From positions 68,400 through 132,399 of the forward strand of contig JARKOQ010000149.1 in the NCBI GenBank assembly GCA_029976005.1: 64,000 nucleotides of DNA, read 5' to 3'. The translations under genes were made by a program, and so were the position numbers. The notes under the pieces were generated by a model. The model was given only the letters and a program-made list of their open reading frames with translations. It was not told where the DNA came from and searched no databases. Source of the DNA: Aggregatilineales bacterium. Its GTDB lineage: Bacteria; Chloroflexota; Anaerolineae; Aggregatilineales; Ch27. Shown here piece after piece: positions 36,873 through 45,354 of this stretch (position 1 is the stretch's first letter; each line of letters begins with the position of its first letter).

Positions 36873-37634
36873 CTATGCCGAGTCCGGCCGGAAGGCAATC
36901 AGGCGGTGCGCGTAAGCCTTCCGAAACCGATCCGCAGGGATGATCGCCCCGGCTTGCAGCGCCGCGACCCGGCCCGATGGATTGTGCAGGCGCAGGCTCA
37001 CACAGCGCCCATCCTCCCACGCGAAGCCGTAGACCAGCACCATGTGTCCGCCGTAACGCCGCAGCGGCCCGAACTCCCCCAGCTCCGGCGTGACCGCCGG
37101 CGCGACCAGCCATCCATCCCGGATCAGGCGGCAGATTTCCTCCTGGGGAACATAACCACGCCCCACCGCCCGCAGGCCGTGATCGTGGGCCAGCCGGGCG
37201 ATCGCCGGATAGAACCAGCCTTCGTCCACCAACCGCCCGCGCCCATCGTGGGCGCGGTAGCCGTTATAGGCCAACCCCTGCTGCACCAGCGCCCACAGCG
37301 ACAGCTCGCGGGCCGGGCCGAACGCCTGGATCGCCATCTTGAGGCAAGCCAGGGCGCACACCCGCCGCGCCCAGAAATCGTAGCGATCCGGGTCGGGCGC
37401 GCCAAACCCGGCCCAGGCCGGATCGTCCCGGCCGTGCAGGCCGCCGTGAATGAAGGCGTCGATCAGTTCAGGGCTGGCGAACTGGGGGATGTAGGGCACG
37501 TCGACCGGGGCGCGGTAGTCGCCGTCGGGCAGACCGGCCAGCGCGCGGCGTGCAGTCCGCCGGGCAGGCAGCGCCGCCAGGGGATCGAGGGCACGATGAA
37601 AGAGATTCTTGATCCGCTGGCGGCGTGAAGGCAT
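36873..37634 (-). CDS. Peptidase C39-like (papain-fold) domain protein
   Basis: ATG 37634. Motifs VPYIPQF, Cys in WARRVCALACLKM and His in YGGHMVLVYG, in the order expected for Peptidase_C39_2. Confidence 0.6.
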   Translation of the reverse strand: MPSRRQRIKNLFHRALDPLAALPARRTARRALAGLPDGDYRAPVDVPYIPQFASPELIDAFIHGGLHGRDDPAWAGFGAPDPDRYDFWARRVCALACLKMAIQAFGPARELSLWALVQQGLAYNGYRAHDGRGRLVDEGWFYPAIARLAHDHGLRAVGRGYVPQEEICRLIRDGWLVAPAVTPELGEFGPLRRYGGHMVLVYGFAWEDGRCVSLRLHNPSGRVAALQAGAIIPADRFRKAYAHRLIAFRPDSA

Positions 37635-37654
37635 ACAGGCGATCCGAAGCCGGG

Positions 37655-38845
37655 TTATTTCTTGAGACCCTTGAGGCCCTTCAGCCCGCGCGCGGCTGCG
37701 TGGGCCACCAGCCCGGTCTTGTAGTTGTAGCGAGTCTGGCGCTTCTGGGCATGGGCTTCCAGGGCAAGCCGGATCAACTCGTCCATCAGGGCGCGCGGAG
37801 TCAGCCCTTCCGGCTCCCACAGGTAAATCGCCAGCGAGCCGGGCATGGTGTTGATCTCGTTGACGTAAAACTCGCCGGTCGCCTCGCGCAGCAGGAAGTC
37901 CACCCGCGCGATGCCGCGTCCATCGATCGCCCGGAAGGCGTCGATCGCGGTCTGTTTGATCCGGGCGGTCAGGTCATCGCTCAACGGGGCTGGAATCTGG
38001 CGCTCCGCGCCCTTCATCCCGCCACCCTGGCGCATGTATTTCTCTTCGTAGGTCAGGAATTGCTCGAACGAGATCGGTTTTTCCAGCACCGACGCCCGTA
38101 CCTGGGCATCCATCCCCAGCACCGAGCAGTTGATCTCGCTGCCGCCTTCCACCGCCGGCTCAATCAGCACGCGCCGGTCAAAGTTGAAGGCCACGTCCAG
38201 GTGGTTGCCCAGCATGTCGCGGTCGGTCACGCGGGCGATCCCGATGCTGGAGCCGAGGGTCGCCGGCTTGACGAAAATCGGGTACGCGAATTTCGCCTCG
38301 ATCTGGTTGAGCAGTCCGTCCCGATCGTGCAGCCAGGCCCCGCGCGTCAGGGTCAGCCCGTCCAGCACGGGAATGCCATGCTGGGCCAGGACAGTCTTGG
38401 TCATCGGCTTGTCGATGGCGATGGCCGAGGCCGTGACGCCGCAACCCACGTAGGGCAGGTCGACCAGCTCGCACAGACCTTGCAGGGTGCCATCCTCGCC
38501 GTGCGAGCCGTGCACCACCGGGAAGATCACGTCCAGCTTGCGCAGGCTGTTGCGGCCCACCAGCCCGGAAATCGGCGGGACGATCAGGCCCTTGAACGCC
38601 GTCGAGGAACTCAGCGCGGCTTCCTTGATGCCCAGCATCTCGCCGACTTTGTCGTTTTTGAAGCTACTGATATCGCGCAGTGGATCGCCGACCAGCCAGA
38701 CGCCTTCGCGGTCGATGTACACGGGCACGACCTCGTATTTCTCCGGATCGAGTGCGCGCATAACCTGATGGGCGGACACGATGGACACATCGTGTTCGAC
38801 CGACCGGCTGCCAAACACCACGCCAACTGCCAGTTTTTTGCTCAT
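37655..38845 (-). CDS. ddl: D-alanine--D-alanine ligase
   Basis: VVFGSRSVEHDVS, HGSHGEDGTLQG, ATP-grasp FVKPATLGSSIGI and VNEINTMPG. There is a Lys-rich C-terminal tail KGLKGLKK. Confidence 0.9.
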   Translation of the reverse strand: MSKKLAVGVVFGSRSVEHDVSIVSAHQVMRALDPEKYEVVPVYIDREGVWLVGDPLRDISSFKNDKVGEMLGIKEAALSSSTAFKGLIVPPISGLVGRNSLRKLDVIFPVVHGSHGEDGTLQGLCELVDLPYVGCGVTASAIAIDKPMTKTVLAQHGIPVLDGLTLTRGAWLHDRDGLLNQIEAKFAYPIFVKPATLGSSIGIARVTDRDMLGNHLDVAFNFDRRVLIEPAVEGGSEINCSVLGMDAQVRASVLEKPISFEQFLTYEEKYMRQGGGMKGAERQIPAPLSDDLTARIKQTAIDAFRAIDGRGIARVDFLLREATGEFYVNEINTMPGSLAIYLWEPEGLTPRALMDELIRLALEAHAQKRQTRYNYKTGLVAHAAARGLKGLKGLKK

Positions 38846-38967
38846 GGTCGCTGATTGACTCCCTTGCGAACGCTTCCCCCCAAACCGGCTTCCCAGCCTG
38901 ATTGTCCGCCGGTTGCGTCCGGCGGACTGGTCGGAAGCCGTCCGGCTCCCCGCCGGGCAGTATGCGC

Positions 38968-40590
38968 CTAGAGATAAGTATCCGGCAGATCGTTCAAAAA
39001 CAGAACCGTGTCGCCGCGCTTGCCGTTCTCTTGCAGCCAGGCCACCGACTCGGCATGGGTATCGAAGATGTGCAGGCGATCTTTCTTGAATCCCCTGGCT
39101 GCGATGCCTTCCAGGATCGGCTTGGTCTGCTCGATGCCGACCAGCACGATATCGGTCGCCACCTGGGCCGCCTGCTCGCCCAGCTTGCGGTTTTCCTCCG
39201 CCTGGACCGGCCCCAGTTCGACCATACCGGGGGTGATTAGAATCCGCCGCCCGTTCTTGTGCAGGCTCAGCACGTGCAGGGCGCTGCGCGCCCCGACCGG
39301 GTTGGCGCTGTAGGCGTCATCCAGGATGACGATGCCACTCGGCTGGACCTTGCGCTCCAAGCGGTGCTCGAACGGCTCCAGGCTCGCCACGCGCATGGCG
39401 ATCTCGGCCAGCGAGAGGCCCACCTGCCGGGCCGCGGCCGCGGCCAACAGGATGTTAGATACATTGTGGATGCCATACACCGGAGCGTGGAAATGGCGCT
39501 CTTCCCCGCTGGCGGTGTCCACCACGTCGAAGCTCAGCCCGTCCAGGGTCTCCTGGACATTGCGGGCCAGCAGCCGCGCCCCGGCCAGCTCTTCCCGGCT
39601 GACCAGGATCACGCCCGCCGTCCCGGCCCTGGACGCCATGCCGCGCACCCGCTCATCGTCGCCGTTGAGGATGGCCGTGCCATCCGGCGGCAGCGCCTGG
39701 AGGATTTCTGACTTGGCCTCGACGGTGGCTTCCAGCGTGCCGAAGCGCTCCAGGTGCTGCGGCCCGACCGCCGTCACGAGCGCGATTTGCGGCCGGGTCA
39801 GGGCGCAGATGCGGGCGATCTCGCCCGGCACGTAGGCCCCCATCTCGACCACGAAGTAATCGAGCTGGCGCTCATCCTTGAGCAGGGTGTTGACCGCCAG
39901 CGAGACGCCCATCAGGGTGTTGTAGCTCTTGGGTGTGGCGATGGCGTGGTAGCGCCCGGTGAGCATATGGGTCAGGAAGTGCTTGGTGCTGGTCTTGCCG
40001 AAGCTGCCGGTGATCCCGATCACGGTCGGATCGAGGTCGCGCAGGGTGCGGCGGGCCTTCTCCAGGTAGAAGCGGCGCACCGCCGCCTCCACCGGGATCG
40101 CCGCGACGTTCCCGGCAATCAGGAACAGCGGCGCGACCAGGAACAGGAACAGCCCGGCCAGCGCCGCGAAGAGATCGGCCGCGACCGGCACATCTGGGAT
40201 CGCCAGTTGCGATACCAGCAGCGCCGCCAGGACACTCACTGCGACGAACAGCAGGCCCGTCACCGCCAGCAGCCGCATGGCGCGCGGCGTCCGCACGAAC
40301 GCCTTCTTGACTTCGCGTTCCTTGCCGGGCCAGATCGCGACCAGGGCCGTGCCCACGAACAGGGCCAGCCACAGCCATTCGCTCTGGATCACCCGCAGCA
40401 GCAGAAAACTACCCAGCAGGGCCACCGTCCAGGCGAAAATCGGCCGCCGCCACCCCCAGCGATCGGGGTGGTGAAGCAGCCAGCGCCAGTAGCGCCCATT
40501 CATGTATTCTTCGATCTGGAAGAAGCGCGCCTGCTGGTAGATGCGGACGAGGCCGCCCGCCAGCCAGACCAGTGAGACGATCAGGTGCAT
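38968..40590 (-). CDS. MurF-like Mur ligase with an N-terminal polytopic membrane domain
   Basis: The first ~185 aa contain 4-5 TM helices. Then GITGSFGKTSTK (P-loop), YNTLMGVSL, VVEMGAYVPGEI, VGPQHLERFGTLE and ILDDAYSANP follow in MurF order. Confidence 0.8.
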   Translation of the reverse strand: MHLIVSLVWLAGGLVRIYQQARFFQIEEYMNGRYWRWLLHHPDRWGWRRPIFAWTVALLGSFLLLRVIQSEWLWLALFVGTALVAIWPGKEREVKKAFVRTPRAMRLLAVTGLLFVAVSVLAALLVSQLAIPDVPVAADLFAALAGLFLFLVAPLFLIAGNVAAIPVEAAVRRFYLEKARRTLRDLDPTVIGITGSFGKTSTKHFLTHMLTGRYHAIATPKSYNTLMGVSLAVNTLLKDERQLDYFVVEMGAYVPGEIARICALTRPQIALVTAVGPQHLERFGTLEATVEAKSEILQALPPDGTAILNGDDERVRGMASRAGTAGVILVSREELAGARLLARNVQETLDGLSFDVVDTASGEERHFHAPVYGIHNVSNILLAAAAARQVGLSLAEIAMRVASLEPFEHRLERKVQPSGIVILDDAYSANPVGARSALHVLSLHKNGRRILITPGMVELGPVQAEENRKLGEQAAQVATDIVLVGIEQTKPILEGIAARGFKKDRLHIFDTHAESVAWLQENGKRGDTVLFLNDLPDTYL

Positions 40591-40599
40591 GGGGTGTCT

Positions 40600-41382
40600 T
40601 TATGCTCCCTCGTGGGTCAAAAAATGGGTTACGACCCGCAGATAATCCGCCAGCCGGTCGAGGTAACTGAAGTGCCCTGCCCCAGGATAGACGACAAGCC
40701 CGGCGTCGGGAATCGTCTTTTCGAGCAAGCGGCCCTGTTCCAGGGGCGTGTCCTGATCCTGGTCGCCCCAGATCAGCAATGTCGGGCGGCTGACTCGCGC
40801 CGCGTAGGGCAGCAAATCCTGCTCGATGACCCTGACGAACGTCTCCTGCAACGGGCCGGCATCCAGGTAATCGGTCGAGCCAAGCGCCTCGTAGGTCTTG
40901 CGGCGCAGCGGCTCGTACAGCCGGTTCAGTCCCGGCAGCTTGAAGATCGACTTGCCCGCCTTGACGATGGCGTCGCGCGCCGCGTTGTCCGGCGGCTTCA
41001 CTCCGGCGCTGTCCGCCAGGACCATCTTGTCGATCCGGTCGGGGTGATCCGCGCCCAGGATCAGGCCGATCCGCCCGCCGAACGAATGGCCCAGCAGGTG
41101 CACCCGTTGGAGGCCCAGTTCATCCAGAAAATCGAGCACGAAACGGGCGTATTCCGGCACGCCCCACACGGTGGGCGGCAGCGCCGTCTCGCCAAAGCCG
41201 GGCAGGTCGAGCACGTAGACCCGCAGGCCGCGCGCGGCCAACCCTTCCGCCACCGGCCAGAAGCTGGCGATGCTGCCGCCCCAGCCGTGCAGGGCCAGCA
41301 CATCCGGGCCATCTCCGATCACGGCATAGCTGGTGGACAGGTTTTGAACGGTTGTGTGTTGCCTGGGTGCATCACTCATCAT
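40600..41382 (-). CDS. Alpha/beta-fold hydrolase
   Basis: VLALHGWGGS and the nucleophile elbow LLGHSFGG, with a C-terminal GAGHF. Confidence 0.85.
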   Translation of the reverse strand: MMSDAPRQHTTVQNLSTSYAVIGDGPDVLALHGWGGSIASFWPVAEGLAARGLRVYVLDLPGFGETALPPTVWGVPEYARFVLDFLDELGLQRVHLLGHSFGGRIGLILGADHPDRIDKMVLADSAGVKPPDNAARDAIVKAGKSIFKLPGLNRLYEPLRRKTYEALGSTDYLDAGPLQETFVRVIEQDLLPYAARVSRPTLLIWGDQDQDTPLEQGRLLEKTIPDAGLVVYPGAGHFSYLDRLADYLRVVTHFLTHEGA

Positions 41383-41582
41383 CAGGGTTCCTGAAGGGCG
41401 CGATCCCTTCTGGCGGCCAACGCCGGGCCATTATAGCACACACGCCAGCCCGCTTCGGGAAACGCCCATCCTATCACGCGGAAAAGCATCCCACCGCGGA
41501 GAACGCAGAGGACACGGCGGTAGAAGGATACTTCTCAGGCTCTTCCGCCGCGCTCTCTCCCGGCACAGATTTCCCCATCCTT

Positions 41583-41642
41583 TGCCTTTCTTCGCGTTTC
41601 TCCTTGGCGTTCTTGGCGTTTTGGCGGTTGGTCGTCGTTTTT
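41583..41642 (-). repeat. Dispersed intergenic repeat, copy B (inverted relative to copy A)
   Basis: The reverse complement AAAAACGACGACCAACCGCCAAAACGCCAAGAACGCCAAGGAGAAACGCGAAGAAAGGCA aligns with 11991-12047. Confidence 0.75.
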
Positions 41643-41648
41643 CCTGCC

Positions 41649-42923
41649 CTAACGCTCGATCACCCGGAAACGCGCCCCCAGCGCTTCCAGGCGGGGCAGC
41701 AGGCCGTCGAAGTTCCAGTCGAGCATTTCCGCCCCGTCCATGATCGTCTCGCCCTCGGCGCACAGGGCCGCGCCAAGCAGCCCCAGCCCGGTGCGGATGT
41801 CCGGCGAATCCAGGTAATCGGCGTGGAGGGGCGTCGGCCCGACCACCAGCGCGCGATGTGGATCGGCCAGCACGATCTGCGCCCCGAAGCCCTTGAGCTT
41901 GTCCACGAACAGCAGCCGGTCCTTGAACAGCTTCTCGTGGATCAGGATCGTGCCCTGGGCTTGCGTGGCGATCAATGTCGCGATCCCCACCAGGTCGGAG
42001 GGAAAGCCCGGCCAGGGCGCGGTCTCGATGCTGACGTCGACCTCTTCGTCGCGGCTGGAAATGCTGAAGGTCTCGTGGCGCGGAACGTGGACATGATCGT
42101 CGTCCAGGTCGAGGCGCAGCCCCAGGCGCTCGTACGTCCGGGCGATCAAGCGCAGGTCGGCCGTCTGGACGCCTTCGATGTCGACCCGGCCGCCGGTCAG
42201 CGCAGCCAACGCGGCCACGCTCGCCACCTCGACATGATCCGGCGCGATCGCCTGGGTCGTCCCGCCCAAACCCTGCCGCCCCTGGATGCGCAGCAAATTG
42301 GAGCCGATTCCCTCGATCTGCGCCCCCATCGCCTGGAGCATGAGGAGCAAGTCACGCACGTGCGGCTCCGAGGCCGCGTTGTGGATCACGGTTTCGCCGG
42401 AGTTGGCGGCGGCCAGCATGGCGACCATCGTCGTCGCCGTGACGCTGGTCTGTACCAGGATCAGGTCGCGCTTCTCCCAGGGGACGAGCCGGACTTCCAC
42501 CTCGCCGCTGCTGACCGTCACCCGGCAGCCCAGGTCGCGCAGGGCGGTCAGATGGGGGTACAGGCGGCTGATCGGATAGTCGATTTCCAGGTGGATGTGC
42601 TCGCGCCGGGCCAACAGACCCGCCAGGAAAAGCACCACGCCCACCTTGGCCCCGGTCATCTCCCTGGAGAGCGCGCGCGTCCTGATCGCCGGAGTCGTCA
42701 GGCGGATGGTACGCGGCTCGTCTTCCGGGCGCGACACCTGCGCGCCGAGCAGCTCCGCCACTTCCAGCATCACCTGGACGCTGGCCGAGGCCGGGACGTT
42801 GGTCAGGGTCACGGGCTGGTCGGTCAGAAGGGAGGCGGCGATCAACGCCAGGGCGGCATTGCTGTTGCCGCCGGGCTGGTAGGTTCCCCGCAGGGGCTGC
42901 TTGCCTTGAATCCCGATGCGCAT
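41649..42923 (-). CDS. Enolpyruvyl-transferase family protein, MurA-like but with atypical active-site residues
   Basis: Collinear with MurA over the full length (GGNSNAALALIAASLL, WPGFPSDL, SPDIRTGLGLL). By eye, GGNSNAA replaces GAKNAA (Lys22 position) and LEIDYPISR replaces LPGGCxIGxR (Cys115 loop). Confidence 0.75.
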   Translation of the reverse strand: MRIGIQGKQPLRGTYQPGGNSNAALALIAASLLTDQPVTLTNVPASASVQVMLEVAELLGAQVSRPEDEPRTIRLTTPAIRTRALSREMTGAKVGVVLFLAGLLARREHIHLEIDYPISRLYPHLTALRDLGCRVTVSSGEVEVRLVPWEKRDLILVQTSVTATTMVAMLAAANSGETVIHNAASEPHVRDLLLMLQAMGAQIEGIGSNLLRIQGRQGLGGTTQAIAPDHVEVASVAALAALTGGRVDIEGVQTADLRLIARTYERLGLRLDLDDDHVHVPRHETFSISSRDEEVDVSIETAPWPGFPSDLVGIATLIATQAQGTILIHEKLFKDRLLFVDKLKGFGAQIVLADPHRALVVGPTPLHADYLDSPDIRTGLGLLGAALCAEGETIMDGAEMLDWNFDGLLPRLEALGARFRVIER

Positions 42924-42994
42924 GGACGGCTCCTTCGCGGCAGAGAATCCGGCAGCGCCCGATTATACCAGCCTTCGGCCCACCCCACGCCACG

Positions 42995-43022
42995 AAAAAG
43001 GGCGACCCAATTGGGGCCGCCC
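42995..43022 (-). terminator. Intrinsic terminator after the radical SAM gene
   Basis: The minus strand reads GGGCGGCCCC-AAUU-GGGUCGCCC followed by UUUUUCG. Confidence 0.6.
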
Positions 43023-43033
43023 TCGCCTGTCGA

Positions 43034-44956
43034 TCAACGTGCCGTCAGGGGGATGATCTCCTCCGCCGGCTTGCCGCGCAGGTGTTTGGGCCTGACCGGG
43101 GGACATTCCCAGGCTTCGGCTGGAGTCTGGGAGCGCGCCTCGGAGAACTTGGGCAGGATGCCGCAGGCAAAGCAGCCGTCGCGGCAGTCGTGGCGCGTCT
43201 CGCCCTGCATGGACATCAGGTAGTCCTCCCGCAAGAACTTCTTCTTGACCGCCACGCTGATGTGATCCCAGGGGAAGACTTCGTCCAGCCCGCGCGGGCG
43301 GTGGGTATAGAAGGCGCTGTCCAGCCCGCAGTCGGCGAAAGCCTGCTGCCAGGCTTCCGGGTTGTGGTAGTCCTGCCAGGCATCGAAGCGGCTGCCCAAC
43401 TCCCAGGCGCGCCGGATCACCGCCCCCAGCCGCCGGTCGCCCCGGCTCAGGAACGCTTCCAGCACGGTTTCCTCCGGGCGGTTCCAGCGCAGTTGCAGCC
43501 CGCGCCCGCCCAATTCACGCTTGAGCAGCAGTTGCTTGGCTTTCACGCTGTCCAGCGAATCGAGCGACACCCACTGGAAGGGCGTGTGCGGCTTGGGCAC
43601 GAAGGTGCTCACCCCGACGTTGACGCTGGCCTTGCCGCCGTGCAGCTTGCGCCCCTCGGCCAGCACCGCCTTGCTCAGGTCGGCGATGGCCTGCACGTCT
43701 TCCAGGGTCTCCTCCGGATGGCCGATCATGAAATAAAGCTTGATCGTGCGCCAGCCGCGAGAATAAATCTCGCGCGCGGTGTCGATCACCTGCTGGTGCG
43801 GCACGGCCTTGTTGATGATATTGCGCATCTTCTCGGTGGCCGCTTCCGGGGCCAGGGTGAAGCCGCCCCGCTTGCTGTCTTCCAGGGCATCCAGCAGTTC
43901 GACGCTGGTCGATTCGATGCGCAGGCTGGGCAGGCTGACGCTCAACCCGCTGCCGCCGTAACGGCGCTTGATCTCGGTCACCAGCTCTTTGACAGGGCCA
44001 TAATCCGACGAGGACAGGCTGAGCAGACCGATCTCCTCGAAACCGGTGTGGCGGATGATCTCCTCCACCGCGTCCAGCACCTCGGCGACCGGACGCTCCC
44101 GCACCGGCCGGGTGACCATCCCGGCGTGGCAGAAGCGGCAGCCGCGCGTGCAGCCGCGCATGATCTCGATCGGCGCGCGGTTGTGGACGGTCGCCACGTT
44201 CGGCACCAGGAATTTCGTGAACGGCTTCTCCAGCACCGGCACGATGCGCTTGAGCACGCTGGCCGGCGCTTCGGGCACATTGGGCCGGACGGTCTCGATC
44301 GTGCCATCGGGATGGTAGGTCACGTCGTAGAAGCGAGGCACGTACACCCCATCGAGGCCCGCCAGGGCGCGCAACTGTGCCTCGCGCGGCTGGCCTTTAA
44401 CCGCCTGCACGGCGCGCGCCACCTCGATAATGGCTTCCTCGCCTTCCCCAATCACGAACAGGTCGATGAAATCGGCCATCGGCTCCGGGTTGTAGGCGGC
44501 ATGCCCGCCCGCGATCACCAGCGGGTAGGTCTCATCGCGCTCGGCGGCCCGCAGCGGCATCCCCGCCAGCTCGAGCAGGGTCAGCACGTTGGTGTACAAC
44601 TGCTCGTAGGGCAGCGTGATCGCCAGGATGTCGAACTCGCGCACGGCATGCCGCGATTCCAGGCCGTACAGGGGTATCCCCTCGCGGCGCATCACGGCTT
44701 CCATGTCCACCCAGGGGTTGTAGACGCGCTCGGCCAGCATGTCCGGCTGGCGGTTGATGACACCGTACAGCATCATCAGACCCAGGTTGGACATGCCCAG
44801 GTCATAGATGTCCGGGAAAGCCATGGCGATCCGGAAAGGGACGGTCGCCCAGTCCTTGATCACGCTGTTGTATTCGCCGCCCACGTAGCGGCCCGGCTTC
44901 TCTACGTTCAGCAGCACGCGATCCAGGGTGCGTTCGATCTGTTCTGGAGTCATCAT
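43034..44956 (-). CDS. Radical SAM protein (B12-binding-like N-domain, TIGR03960-type)
   Basis: ATG 44956. Motifs VEKPGRYVGGEYN and the radical SAM cluster RGCTRGCRFCHAG. Confidence 0.85.
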   Translation of the reverse strand: MMTPEQIERTLDRVLLNVEKPGRYVGGEYNSVIKDWATVPFRIAMAFPDIYDLGMSNLGLMMLYGVINRQPDMLAERVYNPWVDMEAVMRREGIPLYGLESRHAVREFDILAITLPYEQLYTNVLTLLELAGMPLRAAERDETYPLVIAGGHAAYNPEPMADFIDLFVIGEGEEAIIEVARAVQAVKGQPREAQLRALAGLDGVYVPRFYDVTYHPDGTIETVRPNVPEAPASVLKRIVPVLEKPFTKFLVPNVATVHNRAPIEIMRGCTRGCRFCHAGMVTRPVRERPVAEVLDAVEEIIRHTGFEEIGLLSLSSSDYGPVKELVTEIKRRYGGSGLSVSLPSLRIESTSVELLDALEDSKRGGFTLAPEAATEKMRNIINKAVPHQQVIDTAREIYSRGWRTIKLYFMIGHPEETLEDVQAIADLSKAVLAEGRKLHGGKASVNVGVSTFVPKPHTPFQWVSLDSLDSVKAKQLLLKRELGGRGLQLRWNRPEETVLEAFLSRGDRRLGAVIRRAWELGSRFDAWQDYHNPEAWQQAFADCGLDSAFYTHRPRGLDEVFPWDHISVAVKKKFLREDYLMSMQGETRHDCRDGCFACGILPKFSEARSQTPAEAWECPPVRPKHLRGKPAEEIIPLTAR

Positions 44957-45162
44957 GGGACGCCACCTGATTTCTCTAACGGCCATCACAATAATTCGGA
45001 TTATAGCGGTCCACACCTGTTCTGTAAACGCGGCGCTTCCTCGGCCGTATGCCAGCTTGGGGGCAATATGACGAAGGAACAGGGTATGGATAGGCACGAA
45101 TGGGCCGGCGCAATCGGGTCAGCTGCATCAATCCAAAAGGAACGGCTTCGCCACACTCTTCT

Positions 45163-45199
45163 ATCCGTGAAAATCCGTGTCTCATCCGTGTCATCCGTG
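45163..45199 (+). repeat. Four phased copies of ATCCGTG
   Basis: Copies start at 45163, 45173, 45184 and 45193 (spacing 10, 11 and 9 nt), in the divergent intergenic region between the radical SAM and nfeD-like genes. Confidence 0.7.
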
Positions 45200-45354
45200 C
45201 CCTATTCCCGCCTTTCCTCGGTTCGGAAGCTATCCCGCGCCGCCCGCACACCCCAATCGCCGCCTATCCCCACGATTTGGGGGGGCGGAAACACCGTTTT
45301 GCCCCGATAATGAGGCTGGGGATGATTCGAAGACTGCTCGGATAGGAACCAACC

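Noticed and set aside
41352-43223. 623-aa plus-strand ORF, plus 56436..58220 (594 aa), 17855..19216 (453 aa, minus), 62750..63943 (397 aa, minus), 7111..9030 (639 aa) and 195..1205 (336 aa, minus)
   Set aside because: Each one overlaps a motif-supported gene, either in antisense or out of frame on the same strand (7111..9030 overlaps the TPR gene out of frame and lies antisense to the DUF4129 gene). Their composition is Arg/Pro/Gly-biased. I treat them as GC-content artefacts.
45163-45199. Reading the ATCCGTG array as DnaA boxes or a replication origin
   Set aside because: The first copy with its flank, CTATCCGTG, differs from the TTATCCACA consensus at four of nine positions (the first and the last three). 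There is no adjacent AT-rich unwinding element and no dnaA or dnaN nearby.
43082-45310. 742-aa plus-strand ORF
   Set aside because: It is antisense to the radical SAM gene (CxxxCxxC present on the minus frame). Its C-terminal end (SVKIRVSSVSSVPYS) is simply a translation of the ATCCGTG repeat array.
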